Shown here piece after piece: positions 42,965 through 55,021 of a DNA stretch of 64,000 nt. A program made the position numbers and the translations under genes. The number at the start of each line of letters is the position of its first letter. Within the stretch, counting starts at the first letter, position 1. A model generated the notes under the pieces. The model was not told the DNA's origin, searched no databases, and saw nothing but the letters and a program-made list of their open reading frames with translations. Origin of the DNA: Chloroflexota bacterium (GTDB lineage Bacteria; Chloroflexota; Limnocylindria; P2-11E); contig VBFY01000057.1 in assembly GCA_005889405.1 (NCBI GenBank), forward strand, positions 17,475-81,474, read 5' to 3'.

Positions 42965-45900
42965 CACAGCGGCGCTCGCATCCGGCGCGCGGCTGGGCGG
43001 CATCCTCGCTCTCGCGGATCGGAGCGAGCGGTTCCGCGATCTCGCCGAACGCCTCGAGGACCGGCGCTCGACCAAGATCGCCGATGCGACCGCCGGCGCG
43101 CGCGCGTTCGCGTGGGCGTCGCTCGTGGAGGTTTCGCGGAGGACCGTCGTCGTGGTCGCACCGAGCGAGGACCGCGCGCGACGTTGGCGCGCGGAGCTCG
43201 CGGCCTGGCTGGGGGAGGAGCGCGTCCTCTCGTTCCCCGAGCGCGAGACGATGCCCTTCGAGATCGGAAGCGCGTCGGCCGGCGCGGTGCATCAGCGTTT
43301 GCTCACGCTGTGGCGAGCGCACACCGCACCGGAGCCGGTCGCGATCGTCGCGTCACTGCGCGCGCTCATGCAGCACACCATCGCGCCCGCCGACCTCCGC
43401 GAGCGCGGTCGGACGCTGCGCGCCGGCGATCACGTGTCGTGGAACGCGACGGCCGAGTGGCTCTTCGAGCTCGGGTATGAACCTGTCGCCGAGGTGAGCG
43501 AGCCCGGCAGCTTCTCGCGCCGCGGCGGGATCCTCGACGTGTATCCCGCGTCGGCCGACATGCCGGTGCGGATCGAGCTCTTCGGCGACGACATCGAGAC
43601 GCTCCGCAGATTCGATCCGGTGACGCAGCGCTCGCAGGACACCGCCGAATCGGTCGACATCCTGCCCGCGCGTGAGTACTCGCTCGAGGGCGCCGCCGCG
43701 CTCGCCGAGAGTCTCGCCGCCGCGCAGTGGGATCGACCGCGTGACGAGGAGGATGAGCTGCAGCCCTACGCGTCGCTGGTCGAGGCGCTGCGCGAAGGTC
43801 GCGTCGCGCCGGGCACCGACGCCTTCGCGCCAGCCCTGGGAGCGACCGCATCGCTTCTCGATCATCTCGGCGACCGCGCCACTGTCGTCTTCGAGGACTC
43901 GGTCGAGCTCGGCCTCACCCACGACGCGCACGAGGCACAGGCCGAGGAGCGACGGGAAGAGCTGCGCGAACAGGGGCTCGCGGTCGGTGTTTTCCCGTCG
44001 CCGTACGTGCCCCGCGACCGTCTCGACGCGTCGGCCGACGAGCACGGGGCGGTGCGCGTGCGTCCCGATGCCGACGCGCTGCGGCTCGGCTGGGGCGGCA
44101 TCACCTCGTACGCCGGCAGGCTCGACGCGTTCCTGCGAGAGGTCGCAGGTGCGGGACGCGATCTTCGCATCGTCGCGTCGCCGCAGGCCGCTCGGCTCGC
44201 GGAGCTGCTCGCCGATCGCGACGTGACCGCCACGCCCAGCGACACCGTGGCCGAGGTGCCGGCCGATGGCGCGCTGGTCCTCGCTCACGTCGGTCTCGCA
44301 GAAGGCTTCGCCGTACCGGAGCTCACCCTTCGCGTGTTCACCGACGCGGAGGTCTTCGGTTTCCGCAAACCGCGACATCCAGAGCGCCGGCCCCGTCGCG
44401 TCGCGGTCGGCTCGTTCCTCTCCGACCTGAAGCCGGGCGATCACGTCGTGCACGAGGACCATGGCATCGCGCGGTTCGAGCGCTTCATCACGCGCGAGAT
44501 CGCGGGCGTGGTGCGCGAATACCTCGAGCTGCGTTTCGCGGGCACCGACGTCGTCGCGCTTCCGACGGAACGCGTGGACCGCGTGACGCGCTACGTCGGC
44601 GGCACGCCGCCGGCCCTGTCGGCGCTCGGCGGCCGCGACTGGGCCGCGACGAAGCGCAAGGCCAAGAAGGCGGTGGAGGAGATCGCGCGCGAGCTGATCC
44701 GGCTGTACGCGGCGCGCGAGACGATCAGCGCGCACGCCTTCGGTCGCGACACGCCGTGGCAGATCGAGATGGAGAACGCCTTCCCGTTCACCGAGACGCC
44801 CGATCAGCTGCAGGCGATCGAGGACAGCAAGCGCGACATGGAGCGTCCACGTCCGATGGACCGTCTGGTCGTCGGCGACGTCGGCTATGGAAAGACCGAG
44901 GTCGCGCTGCGCGCCGCGTTCAAGGCGGTGCAGGACGGGAAGCAGGTCGCCGTGCTCGTGCCGACCACGGTCCTCGCGCAGCAGCACTTCGAGACGTTCT
45001 CCGAGCGCCTGGCGACGTTCCCGGTCCGCGTTGCGATGCTGTCGCGCTTCCGCACGCCGCCCGAGCAGCGCGAGGTCGTCGCGCAGCTCGCGACCGGCGA
45101 GGTCGACGTCGTCATCGGCACGCATCGCTTGCTGCAGAAGGACGTGCAGTTCCGCGATCTCGGTCTGCTCGTCATCGACGAAGAGCATCGCTTCGGCGTG
45201 AAGCACAAGGAGCGTATGAAGCAGATGCGCACCGAGGTTCACGTCCTGTCGATGACGGCGACGCCGATCCCGCGCACGCTGCACATGGCGCTGTCCGGCG
45301 TGCGCGACATCAGTGTCATCGAAACGCCGCCGGAGGATCGTCAGCCGATCGAGACCCACGTGGTCGAGCGCACCGACGACGTGCTGCGCGAGGCGATCCT
45401 GCGCGAGCTCGATCGGGGCGGCCAGGTCTTCTTCGTGCATAACCGCGTGCAGGGCATCGAACACGAGACGCAGCGCCTCCGCGCGCTCGTCCCGCAGGCG
45501 CGCTTCGTCGTCGGGCATGGTCAGATGGACGAACGGAAGCTCGAACGCGTGATGGTCGAGTTCGCGGACGCGGAGCACGATGTGCTCGTCTGCACGACGA
45601 TCATCGAGTCCGGCCTCGACATCCCGAACGTGAACACGATCGTGATCGATCGCGCCGGGCAGCTCGGGCTCGCGCAGCTCTACCAGCTGCGCGGTCGCGT
45701 CGGCCGCAGCGCCGCGAAGGCGTACGCGTACCTGCTGCACGAGAAGCAGGAGCGGCTCACCGACGACGCGCGCAAGCGGCTTCAGGCGGTGTTCGAGGCG
45801 AGCGAGCTCGGCGCCGGATTCAAGATCGCGATGCACGACCTCGAGATACGCGGCGCGGGCAACATCCTGGGGGCCGAGCAGCACGGGCATGTCGCCGCCG

Positions 45901-46400
45901 TCGGGTTCGAGCTGTACACGCAGCTCCTCGAGGACGCCGTGAACGAGCAGCGGGGCGCGCCCAAGGCCGAGGCGCTGCCCGAGGTCACCGTGGACCTGGC
46001 GCTCTCGACCGCGATCCCGGACGAGTACGTGCCGAGCCGCCAGCGCAAGCTCGAGCTCTATCGGCGCATCGCGGAGCTTCGCTCGCTCGACGATCTCGGT
46101 GCGTTGCGCGACGAGCTGCGCGACCGCTACGGGCCGCCGCCGGATCCGGTGCGCAATCTCCTCTACGGCGTCGAGGTGAAGCTGCGTGCGGTGAGCGCCG
46201 GCGCGACCGAGGTGCGAGCGCGCGGTCCCGAGCTGCGGCTCGTACTGGCGCGCGACATCACGGCTCAGCAGCGCGGGGCGGTCACGCGCGTATTCCCGAA
46301 GGCGCAGACCGGCCAGCGTCAGATCCGCCTCTCCGTGCTCGACACGCGCGGCGACTGGCGCGACGCGCTCACGCGGCTGCTCGATCTGGTGGCGGCGTGA
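42957..46400 (+). CDS. mfd: transcription-repair coupling factor
   Basis: UvrB-homology N-terminus, RID, DEAD/DEAH helicase motifs ([18 protein letters not shown]), and TRCF C-terminal domain. ATG overlaps the pth stop. Confidence 0.95.
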   Translation: MASTAALASGARLGGILALADRSERFRDLAERLEDRRSTKIADATAGARAFAWASLVEVSRRTVVVVAPSEDRARRWRAELAAWLGEERVLSFPERETMPFEIGSASAGAVHQRLLTLWRAHTAPEPVAIVASLRALMQHTIAPADLRERGRTLRAGDHVSWNATAEWLFELGYEPVAEVSEPGSFSRRGGILDVYPASADMPVRIELFGDDIETLRRFDPVTQRSQDTAESVDILPAREYSLEGAAALAESLAAAQWDRPRDEEDELQPYASLVEALREGRVAPGTDAFAPALGATASLLDHLGDRATVVFEDSVELGLTHDAHEAQAEERREELREQGLAVGVFPSPYVPRDRLDASADEHGAVRVRPDADALRLGWGGITSYAGRLDAFLREVAGAGRDLRIVASPQAARLAELLADRDVTATPSDTVAEVPADGALVLAHVGLAEGFAVPELTLRVFTDAEVFGFRKPRHPERRPRRVAVGSFLSDLKPGDHVVHEDHGIARFERFITREIAGVVREYLELRFAGTDVVALPTERVDRVTRYVGGTPPALSALGGRDWAATKRKAKKAVEEIARELIRLYAARETISAHAFGRDTPWQIEMENAFPFTETPDQLQAIEDSKRDMERPRPMDRLVVGDVGYGKTEVALRAAFKAVQDGKQVAVLVPTTVLAQQHFETFSERLATFPVRVAMLSRFRTPPEQREVVAQLATGEVDVVIGTHRLLQKDVQFRDLGLLVIDEEHRFGVKHKERMKQMRTEVHVLSMTATPIPRTLHMALSGVRDISVIETPPEDRQPIETHVVERTDDVLREAILRELDRGGQVFFVHNRVQGIEHETQRLRALVPQARFVVGHGQMDERKLERVMVEFADAEHDVLVCTTIIESGLDIPNVNTIVIDRAGQLGLAQLYQLRGRVGRSAAKAYAYLLHEKQERLTDDARKRLQAVFEASELGAGFKIAMHDLEIRGAGNILGAEQHGHVAAVGFELYTQLLEDAVNEQRGAPKAEALPEVTVDLALSTAIPDEYVPSRQRKLELYRRIAELRSLDDLGALRDELRDRYGPPPDPVRNLLYGVEVKLRAVSAGATEVRARGPELRLVLARDITAQQRGAVTRVFPKAQTGQRQIRLSVLDTRGDWRDALTRLLDLVAA

Positions 46401-47056
46401 GGATCGGCATCGACCTCGACGACGTCATGGCGATCTGCGCCGTGCCGTACCTGCGGAAGTTCGCCGAGGAGTTCGGCGTCGTCCTTCCGGACGAGCAGGA
46501 GATCGGATGGCACCTGCTGTCGCGCATGCAGAAGGACACGCCGTACGACAAGCTCGTGCCCGGTCTCGAGCGCGTGACACCGGAACAGCGCGACCGCTTC
46601 CGCATGAAGCTGTACGACGGCAAGTTCTTCGGCGAGCTCGAGGTGTACGAGGATTGCCCGGCGGTCCTCGAGCAGCTCGTCGCCGCCGGGCACGAGCTGT
46701 ACTTCATCACCGCGCGCGCCGAGCGCCGGCGGATGATCACCGAGACATGGCTGCGGGAGAAGGGCCTGTTCGATTACGCGAAGGCCGTGCACCTGAAGCC
46801 GCTCGGCGAGTTCCGGCCCGATCAGCCGCGCGGGCGGTACGACCCGCAGGGCTCGGCCGCGTACAAGACACGGCTGGCGGCGGAGCTGCGCCTCGACGCG
46901 TTCTGCGAGGACGACGACCTCATCTCGCGCAGGCTTGCCGAGGCCGGCGTGCGCGTCTTCCTATTCGACCATCCCTGGAACCGCGAGGTCGAGCACCCAC
47001 TCGTCACGCGCGTGAGCGGCTGGTCCGAGGTCCCCGACCTGCTCGCGGCCGCATGA
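46397..47056 (+). CDS. HAD-superfamily 5'(3')-deoxyribonucleotidase-like protein
   Basis: IGIDLDDV motif I and the NT5C-type fold; GTG overlaps the mfd stop. Confidence 0.65.
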   Translation: MRIGIDLDDVMAICAVPYLRKFAEEFGVVLPDEQEIGWHLLSRMQKDTPYDKLVPGLERVTPEQRDRFRMKLYDGKFFGELEVYEDCPAVLEQLVAAGHELYFITARAERRRMITETWLREKGLFDYAKAVHLKPLGEFRPDQPRGRYDPQGSAAYKTRLAAELRLDAFCEDDDLISRRLAEAGVRVFLFDHPWNREVEHPLVTRVSGWSEVPDLLAAA

Positions 47057-47655
47057 TCGAGCCCGTCACCTTCTATTTCGTGCGCCACGGCGAGAGCGAG
47101 GCGAATGCCGCGCGCCTGTTCGCCGGGCGGACCGACAGTCCGCTCACCGAGCGCGGCCGGCAGCAGGCAGAGGCCGTCGCCGACACGCTCGCCGGCACGA
47201 AGTTCGATCGCATCGTCGCGACGCCGCTCCATCGCTCGCTCGACACGGCGAACGTCATTGCGAAGCGTCTGGGCTTGCCGGTCGAGATCGAGCCGGATCT
47301 CATCGAGATCGACGTCGGGGACAAGACCGGAGCCGCGTGGGACGAGATCGCCGCGCTGCCGAATTGGCGCGACGACGGCTTCGTCTCATGGCCCAACGGC
47401 GAGACGCTCGACGCGGTCCTGGCGCGCAGCCTGCGCGCGCTGCAGCGCATCGCGCGCGAGACGCCCGGAGGGACCGTCCTCGTCGTCGGCCACGGCGGCG
47501 TCACCCGGATCCTCGTCTCGCACTTCCTCGGGATCCTGCCGCGGCTCGACCGCTCGCCGGCACGCAACACCAACCTCACCGTGCTCGTCTTCGACGGCGT
47601 CACAGGACGCTTGGAAAAGGTCGCCGAAAGCTCCCATATCGGCGAGACGCATTAA
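47053..47655 (+). CDS. histidine phosphatase (phosphoglycerate mutase-like) family protein
   Basis: FVRHGESEAN catalytic RHG motif and the C-terminal H (VVGHGG); ATGA overlap with upstream gene. Confidence 0.75.
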   Translation: MIEPVTFYFVRHGESEANAARLFAGRTDSPLTERGRQQAEAVADTLAGTKFDRIVATPLHRSLDTANVIAKRLGLPVEIEPDLIEIDVGDKTGAAWDEIAALPNWRDDGFVSWPNGETLDAVLARSLRALQRIARETPGGTVLVVGHGGVTRILVSHFLGILPRLDRSPARNTNLTVLVFDGVTGRLEKVAESSHIGETH

Positions 47656-47664
47656 CCTTCCGGC

Positions 47665-48192
47665 GTGGCAATGACGACAAAGGACCTCGCCTCGAGGATC
47701 CGCGACATCCCGGACTTCCCCAAGCCGGGCATCCTTTTCAAGGACATCACGACGCTCCTCAAGGACGGTGAGTCGTTCAAGGCGGCCGTCGACGGCCTCC
47801 TCGAGCGCATCGGCAAACGCGACATCGACGTCGTCGTGGGCATGGAGTCGCGCGGCTTCATCTTCGGCGCACCGATCGCTTACAACCTCGGCGTGGGCTT
47901 CGTGCCGGTCCGAAAGCTCGGGAAGCTGCCAGCCGACGTGGTCAGCGTCGAATACGACCTCGAGTACGGCTCGGCGACACTCGAGATGCACAAGGACGCG
48001 ATCAAGCCCGGGGCGAAGGTGCTGATCGTGGACGACCTGCTCGCGACCGGCGGCACCGTCGCGGGCACGATCGAGCTGGTGAAGCAGCTCAAGGGAGAGA
48101 TCGTCGCGCTGGCGTTCCTCATCGAGCTCGCGGCCCTGAAGGGCCGCGACAAGCTGCAGGGCTACGAGGTCGTGACGCTCATACAGGCCTGA
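47665..48192 (+). CDS. apt: adenine phosphoribosyltransferase
   Basis: PRPP-binding VLIVDDLLATGGT and IPDFPKPGILFKDIT N-terminus; 175 aa. Confidence 0.9.
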   Translation: MAMTTKDLASRIRDIPDFPKPGILFKDITTLLKDGESFKAAVDGLLERIGKRDIDVVVGMESRGFIFGAPIAYNLGVGFVPVRKLGKLPADVVSVEYDLEYGSATLEMHKDAIKPGAKVLIVDDLLATGGTVAGTIELVKQLKGEIVALAFLIELAALKGRDKLQGYEVVTLIQA

Positions 48193-48269
48193 GCCGGCCC
48201 GCGCCTTAGACTGGTGGACGCGCGACCGGCGGAGGCCCGCTTGGTCCTTTCCACTAAGAAGGAGGACCG

Positions 48270-49097
48270 ATGACCGCGGCTCCGCTACTGCCCGAGATCC
48301 GCCTCGCAGACCAACCGTCCGCGGAGAGCGCGCGCGCCTTCTTCCAGCGTGACCGGCTCATGTCCGCCTACGCGCTCGCGGACATCGACGCGGCGGAGAT
48401 CGAGAAGGCGCGCTGGTGGACCGCGATGCGTGGCGACGTGGTGGTCGCGTGCGCGCTCGTCGTCGAGGCGCTCCCGTTCCGGCCGTGCTTCGCGAGCGGC
48501 GAGAGCGAGGCGCTCGTCTCGATCTTCCAGGGCGGCATCCGCGAACCGCGCATCGTCGTGGCGACGCCGCCGCCCGGCCGGCTCGCGGTGGAGAGCGTCT
48601 ACCGCTTCGAGCGCGTCGAGAAGATGCACCGCATGGCCGTGTCGGTCGCGGCGTTCCGACCGCGCCTCACCCACGGCGTCCGGCGTCTCGGGCCGGAGCA
48701 GCTCGACGACGTGATCGACCTGTACGGCCATGCCTCGCGCACCTACTTCACCGAGGCACGACTCGAGCGCGAGATCTACTTCGGCGTGTACATCGGGACG
48801 ACGCTCGTGTCCGCCGCCGGCACGCACGTCCGCTCGCGCCTTTCGAACATCGCAGCGGTCGGGAACGTTCTCACGCGCATCGCATACCGCGACCGCGGCA
48901 TGGCGACGTCGGTGACGTCCGCGGTGACCGAGGCCGCGCTCGAGCAGCACCGCGACGTCGTGCTCAACGTGCGGCAGGACAACACCCCGGCGATCGCGGT
49001 CTACGACCGCCTCGGCTACCACGTTCACGGACCGTTCATCGAAGGCCCGGCGGTGCGTCGCTCGGCCTGGGATCGGATCCTGGGGAGGATGAAATGA
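48270..49097 (+). CDS. GNAT-family N-acetyltransferase (C-terminal GNAT fold)
   Basis: C-terminal acetyl-CoA binding pattern (IAYRDRGMATSV...) ; AAGGAGG RBS. Confidence 0.6.
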   Translation: MTAAPLLPEIRLADQPSAESARAFFQRDRLMSAYALADIDAAEIEKARWWTAMRGDVVVACALVVEALPFRPCFASGESEALVSIFQGGIREPRIVVATPPPGRLAVESVYRFERVEKMHRMAVSVAAFRPRLTHGVRRLGPEQLDDVIDLYGHASRTYFTEARLEREIYFGVYIGTTLVSAAGTHVRSRLSNIAAVGNVLTRIAYRDRGMATSVTSAVTEAALEQHRDVVLNVRQDNTPAIAVYDRLGYHVHGPFIEGPAVRRSAWDRILGRMK

Positions 49098-50365
49098 CAA
49101 CGAGCACCGCACCACATCACGACGTCGTCGACATCGGGCTGGCTGACGTCGGGGCCCGACGGGTGGAGTGGGCCGGCCGCGAGATGCCGGTGCTCGCCGC
49201 CATCCGCACGCGGCTCGCGAAGGAGCGGCCGTTCGCGGGGCTGCGCATCGCCGCCTGCCTCCACGTCACGACTGAGACCGCGAACCTCGCCATCGCGTTA
49301 CGTGATGCGGGGGCGAGCGTCGCGCTCTGCGCGTCGAATCCACTCTCGACGCAGGACGACGCCGCGGCGGCGCTCGTCGCGATCGAGGGGATCGCGGTCT
49401 TCGCGCGAAAGGGAGAGGACCGCGACACCTACTACCGGCACATCAACGCGGTGCTCGAGACGAAGCCGCAGATCACCATGGACGACGGCGCCGACGTGGT
49501 CACGCTGCTGCACACCGACCGCAAGGATCTGCTTCCACACGTGAAGGGCGGGACGGAGGAGACCACGACCGGTGTCATCCGGCTGCGCGCCATGGCCTCG
49601 GAAGGCGTGCTCGCGTATCCCATCGTCGCGGTCAACGAGGCGCAGACCAAGCACATGTTCGACAACCAGTACGGCACCGGACAGTCGGCGGTCGACGGCA
49701 TCCTGCGCGCGACGAACATCCTGCTCGCCGGCAAGACGGTCGTCGTGGCCGGGTACGGCTGGGTCGGCCGCGGCGTCGCATCGCGTTTCCGCGGCATGGG
49801 CGCCATCGTCATCATCGTCGAGGTCGACCCGTTGCACGGGCTCGAGGCGGCGATGGACGGCTATCAGGTCATGCCGATGGCGGACGCCGCTCGCCGCGGC
49901 GACCTCTTCATCACCTGTACCGGCAACGTGAACGTGATCGCGGCAAAGCACTTCGAGACCATGAAAGACGGCGCGATCCTCGCGAACGCGGGGCACTTCA
50001 ACGACGAGATCGAGCTCGGCGCGCTGGCCAAGCGGGCGCGATCGATGCGCGAGATCCGCCGCTTCGTCGACGAGTACGACCTCGGCGATCGGAAGATCTT
50101 CGTGCTGGGTGAGGGCCGCCTGGTGAACCACGTCGCCGCTGAGGCGAACCCGGCGGCGGTCATGGACATGTCCTTCGCGAACCAGGCGCTGTCGATCGAG
50201 TACCTGATCAAGAACGCCGGTACGCTTGCGCCGCAGGTCTACCCTGTGCCGCGCGAGCTCGACGACCAGATCTCACGGGCGAAGCTCGAGGCCATGGGCA
50301 TGCACATCGACAAGATGACCGACGAGCAGGCGATCTACGCGAAGTCATGGAAGGCGGGAACGTAA
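49094..50365 (+). CDS. ahcY: adenosylhomocysteinase
   Basis: NAD-binding [11 protein letters not shown] and catalytic-domain motifs; ATGA overlap with the GNAT gene; 423 aa. Confidence 0.95.
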   Translation: MTTSTAPHHDVVDIGLADVGARRVEWAGREMPVLAAIRTRLAKERPFAGLRIAACLHVTTETANLAIALRDAGASVALCASNPLSTQDDAAAALVAIEGIAVFARKGEDRDTYYRHINAVLETKPQITMDDGADVVTLLHTDRKDLLPHVKGGTEETTTGVIRLRAMASEGVLAYPIVAVNEAQTKHMFDNQYGTGQSAVDGILRATNILLAGKTVVVAGYGWVGRGVASRFRGMGAIVIIVEVDPLHGLEAAMDGYQVMPMADAARRGDLFITCTGNVNVIAAKHFETMKDGAILANAGHFNDEIELGALAKRARSMREIRRFVDEYDLGDRKIFVLGEGRLVNHVAAEANPAAVMDMSFANQALSIEYLIKNAGTLAPQVYPVPRELDDQISRAKLEAMGMHIDKMTDEQAIYAKSWKAGT

Positions 50366-50382
50366 GAGTGGCGAGCTCGTTC

Positions 50383-51582
50383 ATGACGGCAGAACGCACC
50401 CTCTTCACCAGCGAGTCCGTGACCGAGGGTCACCCGGACAAGCTCTGCGATCAGATCTCGGACGGCATGCTGGACGAGTGCCTGCGCCAGGACCCGAACG
50501 CGCGTGTCGCATGCGAGACCGCGACGACGACGGGGACCATCCTCGTCTGCGGCGAGATCACGACCACCGCGTGGGTCGACGTGCCCGCTCTCGTACGCGC
50601 GATCGTGAAGGACATCGGTTACGTCAACGCGGACTACGGCTTCGATTACCAGAGCTGTGGCGTGCTGACCGCGATCAAGGAGCAATCGCGCGAGATCGCT
50701 CAGGGCGTGAACAAATCTCTCGAGGCGCGCGCGGGCACGGATCCGCAGGAGCTCGGCGCCGGTGATCAGGGGATGATGTTCGGCTTCGCGGTGCGCGAGA
50801 CGGATGAGCTCATGCCGCTGCCGATCACCCTCGCGCACGCGGTCGCGAAAGAGCTCGCCGCCGCTCGCAAGTCCACGCGACTGCCCTGGCTGCGGCCCGA
50901 CGGCAAGAGCCAGGTCACGGTCGAGTACTCGCGCGGTGTTCCGCAGCGCGTGCACACCGTCGTCGTCGCGGCACAGCACGATCCGGGCATCTCGCACGAC
51001 CGCATCGAGGCGGAGATCCGCGACGTCGTCGTGAAGGCCGCGATCCCGGCGCGCTGGCTCGACGCAAAAACGAAGTACCTCGTCAACGGCACCGGTGCGT
51101 TCACCATCGGCGGTCCGATGGGCGATGCCGGCCTCACCGGGCGCAAGATCATCGTCGACACGTACGGCGGCTACGCGCGGCACGGCGGCGGCGCGTTCAG
51201 CGGGAAGGATCCAACGAAGGTCGACCGTTCGGCCGCGTACGCCGCGCGCTATGTCGCGAAGAACGTCGTCCAGGCCGGTCTCGCGGATCGCTTCGAGGTG
51301 CAGCTCGCGTATGTCATCGGCGGCGCACAGCCGATCTCGTTGAACGTCGACACCTTCGGCACCGGCACCGTGGCGGACGAGACGATCCGGAACCTCATCG
51401 CGGAGCATTTCGACTTCCGACCCGGCGCGATCATCGAGCGCTTCCAACTCCGCCGCCCGATCTACCGGCAGACCGCCGCATACGGGCACTTCGGCCGGCC
51501 GGACCTCGAGCTGCCGTGGGAGCGCACCGACCTCGCGCCGAAGCTGGCGCGCGCGGCCGGGGCGAAGGCAGCGCTCGCCTAG
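50383..51582 (+). CDS. metK: S-adenosylmethionine synthetase
   Basis: [52 protein letters not shown] 50368 is an alternative start. Confidence 0.95.
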   Translation: MTAERTLFTSESVTEGHPDKLCDQISDGMLDECLRQDPNARVACETATTTGTILVCGEITTTAWVDVPALVRAIVKDIGYVNADYGFDYQSCGVLTAIKEQSREIAQGVNKSLEARAGTDPQELGAGDQGMMFGFAVRETDELMPLPITLAHAVAKELAAARKSTRLPWLRPDGKSQVTVEYSRGVPQRVHTVVVAAQHDPGISHDRIEAEIRDVVVKAAIPARWLDAKTKYLVNGTGAFTIGGPMGDAGLTGRKIIVDTYGGYARHGGGAFSGKDPTKVDRSAAYAARYVAKNVVQAGLADRFEVQLAYVIGGAQPISLNVDTFGTGTVADETIRNLIAEHFDFRPGAIIERFQLRRPIYRQTAAYGHFGRPDLELPWERTDLAPKLARAAGAKAALA

Positions 51583-51684
51583 CAGCCTGCCCTCGGGCCG
51601 TGCGGCCCAAGATGTGCATGCCCTTTGAGAGGTTCGGAAGGGGGCGCAGGCTCTCCGCTCCGAACGCTTCAAAGGAGGTCTGTC

Positions 51685-52365
51685 ATGGCGAATTCGGATC
51701 TCGCTGTGCGTCCAGCCGCCACATCGTGGGGCGCTGTCCTCGGTGGCTGGGTCGCGACGATCGGCGCATCGGTCATCTTCGCGCCCATGGTCGCCGGTCT
51801 TCTCGTCGTCCCCGGTACGCCGGCCGGCGGCGACATCGCGGTCGCTGTTCCGGTCGTGCTCGGTCTCTTCCTGTCCTACATCGTGGGCGGCTACGTCGCC
51901 GGCCGCATGGCGGGGTATCGCACCAGCTGGCACGGCATGATGACGGCGTTCTTCACGCTCTTCGTCCTGCTCGTGCTCATGCTGCTCGGCATCGCCGCCG
52001 ACAACGGGCTCTTCGCAGCGTCGGGCATCCGCTCCGCAGCCGACATCATCCCCGGCGTTCGCGATCTCAACCTCTACGCGCTCGGCGACGCGCTCACCTT
52101 CGGCGCGATCCTTGGCTTCCTCGCCGCCATCTTCGGCGGCTGGCTCGGCGGCCTGCTCGCTCCTTCGCACGTCGCTTCCGTCGTCGCTCCTGCGCGGCCG
52201 GTCCCGGTCCGCACGCCGACGACGGTCTCGCGCACGACCGAGCGGCGCGAGGTCACCGAGCGTCCAAGGCGAATCCTCCCGGCCTTCGGTCGGAAGGGCG
52301 GCGATCGTGTTGAGACGGACGAGGTACGCACCACTCGCGAGGACCGGATCCAGGACCGGTCTTAA
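51685..52365 (+). CDS. hypothetical membrane protein
   Basis: AGGAGG SD 7 nt before the ATG at MANSDL; 4-5 TM helices, Gly-rich. Confidence 0.5.
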   Translation: MANSDLAVRPAATSWGAVLGGWVATIGASVIFAPMVAGLLVVPGTPAGGDIAVAVPVVLGLFLSYIVGGYVAGRMAGYRTSWHGMMTAFFTLFVLLVLMLLGIAADNGLFAASGIRSAADIIPGVRDLNLYALGDALTFGAILGFLAAIFGGWLGGLLAPSHVASVVAPARPVPVRTPTTVSRTTERREVTERPRRILPAFGRKGGDRVETDEVRTTREDRIQDRS

Positions 52366-52425
52366 GCCGCTGAACTGGTCGGACCAGTCGGACGTATCCT
52401 CCACGACGACCAAAGGTCGGGAGGG

Positions 52426-54027
52426 GTGTGCATGACACGTCTGCTCGCGATCCTGACGACACTGGCCCTGGTGCTCGCAGCCTGCGGGAGTACGCCCGTG
52501 TCCGGTACGACAGGAGGCGCAGCGAGCGGCACGCCGGCGGCAGGGAAGCCGATTTACGGCGGGACGATCACCTTCGGCCTCGAGAACGATGTCAGCAATC
52601 TCGACCCGATGCTGTCGGGTCTCTTCGTCGACCGGAACATCCACTACGCCATGTACGACTCGCTCGTGCGGGTCGACGTCAAGGGCAACATCATTCCCTG
52701 GCTCGCGCAGACGTGGACGACGTCGACCGACGGCAAGATGGTCACCTTCAACCTCCGCCAGGGAGTGAAGTACCACGACGGCACTGCGTTCGATGCCGCG
52801 TCGGTGAAGTGGAATATCGAGCGTTACATCAACACCAAGGGCTCATCGCGCACCGGTGACCTCAGCGCGGTGGCGAGCGTCGATGTCGTCGACGCGAACA
52901 CCGTGAAGTTCAACCTGAAGTCGGCCTTCGCGCCGCTCCTTGCGGCGCTCGTCGACCGCGCGGGCATGATGGTCTCGCAGAAGGTCGTTGACGCCATGGG
53001 TGCCGATTTCACCCTCAAGCCGTTCAAAGCGGGTACCGGACCGTTCATCCTCACCGAGGCGGTCAAGAACGATCACTACACGCTCGAGCGCAACCCGGAC
53101 TGGTGGGGCAAGGACGACAAGGGCAACAAGCTTCCGTTCCTCGACAAGATCATCGTGAAGCCGATCCTCGACGGCGACGTACGTCTGACGAACCTTCGCA
53201 CCGGCCAGGTGCAGGTGATCAATCTGCTCGCCGGCAAGGACGTCCCCCAGACCAAGTCGGACCCGACGCTCGCGTACCAGGAGGTCGGCTCGTTCGCGTG
53301 GAGCAGCATGATCCCGAACGAGGCGCAGGGTTTCATCTTCAACGAGAAGCGGTACGTGAAGGCGGTCGCGATGGCGATCGACCGTCAGGAGATCCTGGAC
53401 AAGGGGCCGACGCAGGGCAATCTGGGCCTCGTTGGCTGGGGTCCGATCGCCCCCGCGCATTTCGCGTACGACCCGAACTTCAAGCCGTTCCCGAAAGCGG
53501 ACCCCGAAGGTGCGAAGAAGCTCGTCGCCGATGTCGGCAAGGGCCCGCTGAAGTTCGAGCTTCTCGTGTCATCAGGTGACGCCGCGACACTGCAGCTCGC
53601 GCAGCTCATCCAGGCCGAGCTGGCGAAGGCGGATATCACCGCCGACATCAAGACGCAGCTCTTCAACGACATTGTCACGCTGCAGCAATCGCACAAACAC
53701 CTCGGAATGACGCTCATCGGTTGGAGTGGACGGCTCGACCCCGACGGCAACAGCTACGACTTCGTCGTGACGGGTAAGACGAACAACGACTCGTCGTACT
53801 CGAACGCAAAGGTCGATGACCTCATGAATCAGCAGCGCGCCGAGGCGGATCCGGCCAAGCGGAAGACACTGTTGCAGCAGGCGCAGCAGATCTTCGTGGT
53901 CGACGACCCGGCACGGGTCTGGTTCCAGTTCGGCATCTCACCCCTGGTCACGGCCAAGCAAGTGACCGGCATGCAGGTTTACGCGGACCGCATCCCGCGC
54001 TTCGACACCGCCCAGTTGAGCAAGTGA
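52426..54027 (+). CDS. ABC transporter substrate-binding lipoprotein (family 5, peptide/nickel type)
   Basis: Lipobox LALVLAACGS; SBP_bac_5 length and motifs. Confidence 0.85.
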   Translation: MCMTRLLAILTTLALVLAACGSTPVSGTTGGAASGTPAAGKPIYGGTITFGLENDVSNLDPMLSGLFVDRNIHYAMYDSLVRVDVKGNIIPWLAQTWTTSTDGKMVTFNLRQGVKYHDGTAFDAASVKWNIERYINTKGSSRTGDLSAVASVDVVDANTVKFNLKSAFAPLLAALVDRAGMMVSQKVVDAMGADFTLKPFKAGTGPFILTEAVKNDHYTLERNPDWWGKDDKGNKLPFLDKIIVKPILDGDVRLTNLRTGQVQVINLLAGKDVPQTKSDPTLAYQEVGSFAWSSMIPNEAQGFIFNEKRYVKAVAMAIDRQEILDKGPTQGNLGLVGWGPIAPAHFAYDPNFKPFPKADPEGAKKLVADVGKGPLKFELLVSSGDAATLQLAQLIQAELAKADITADIKTQLFNDIVTLQQSHKHLGMTLIGWSGRLDPDGNSYDFVVTGKTNNDSSYSNAKVDDLMNQQRAEADPAKRKTLLQQAQQIFVVDDPARVWFQFGISPLVTAKQVTGMQVYADRIPRFDTAQLSK

Positions 54028-54058
54028 CCGACTAGCAGTTGAGAGCGGAGGCGACGGA

Positions 54059-55021
54059 GTGATCAGATACATCCTCCGTCGCCTTGTGCTCATGGTCCCC
54101 GTCGCACTGCTCGTCACCGTCGGAGTCTTCGCTCTCGCGCGCCTGTCTCCCGTCGATCCGGTCCTCGTGTTCGCCGGCGAGGAGCGCGACCCTGCCATGC
54201 TCGACGCGATCCGCCATCAGCTCGGGCTCGATCAGCCGCTGCCGGTGCAATATGTCGCCTGGCTGTCGCACGCGGCACAGGGCGATCTCGGCCGCTCGTT
54301 CCAGAACAAACAGCGGGTCACCGAGGCGATCTTCGAGCGGCTGCCCGCGACGATCGAGCTCGGCCTGGCCGCGCTGCTCATCTCCATCACGTTCGCTCTC
54401 GTCATCGGGATCCTCTCGGCGGTCAAACGCAATTCGGCGGTCGATCTCCTGTCAACGAGCATCACGCTCATGGGCGTCTCGTTCCCGTCGTTCTTCCTCG
54501 GCGTCGTGCTCATTCTTCTCTTCGCGTACGTGATCCCCGGTCGGATCTTCCCGCCGGGCGGCTACGTGCCGATCACGCAGGACGTCGGCGAGAACCTCCG
54601 TCGCCTCGTGCTGCCGGCGGTCACGCTCGCGACTGCGAGCCTCGCACTGAACCTTCGACAGGTCCGCTCCAGCCTCCTCGAGGTCTTCGGGCACGACTAC
54701 ATGCGCACCGCCCGGGCGAAAGGTCTGCGAGAGGGCGCCGTGATCGTCCGGCATGCACTGAAGAACGCCCTCATCCCTGTGGTCACGCTTGTTGGGATCC
54801 AGATCGGCGCGATCATCGAGGGTGCGGTCATCACCGAGACGATCTTCTCGTGGCCCGGCGTGGGACGGCTGGCCGTGCAAGCCATCCCCTCGCACGACTA
54901 CCCCGTCGTGCAGGGCGTCGTTCTCGTCTCCGCGCTTTCGTTCATGCTCAGCACGCTGTTCGTCGACGTCCTCTACGGCTGGCTCGACCCGCGCATCTCA
55001 TATGAATCGGCGGCGGCGTAG
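54059..55021 (+). CDS. ABC transporter permease (DppB/OppB-like)
   Basis: Six TM helices, BPD_transp_1 EAA region. Confidence 0.85.
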   Translation: MIRYILRRLVLMVPVALLVTVGVFALARLSPVDPVLVFAGEERDPAMLDAIRHQLGLDQPLPVQYVAWLSHAAQGDLGRSFQNKQRVTEAIFERLPATIELGLAALLISITFALVIGILSAVKRNSAVDLLSTSITLMGVSFPSFFLGVVLILLFAYVIPGRIFPPGGYVPITQDVGENLRRLVLPAVTLATASLALNLRQVRSSLLEVFGHDYMRTARAKGLREGAVIVRHALKNALIPVVTLVGIQIGAIIEGAVITETIFSWPGVGRLAVQAIPSHDYPVVQGVVLVSALSFMLSTLFVDVLYGWLDPRISYESAAA

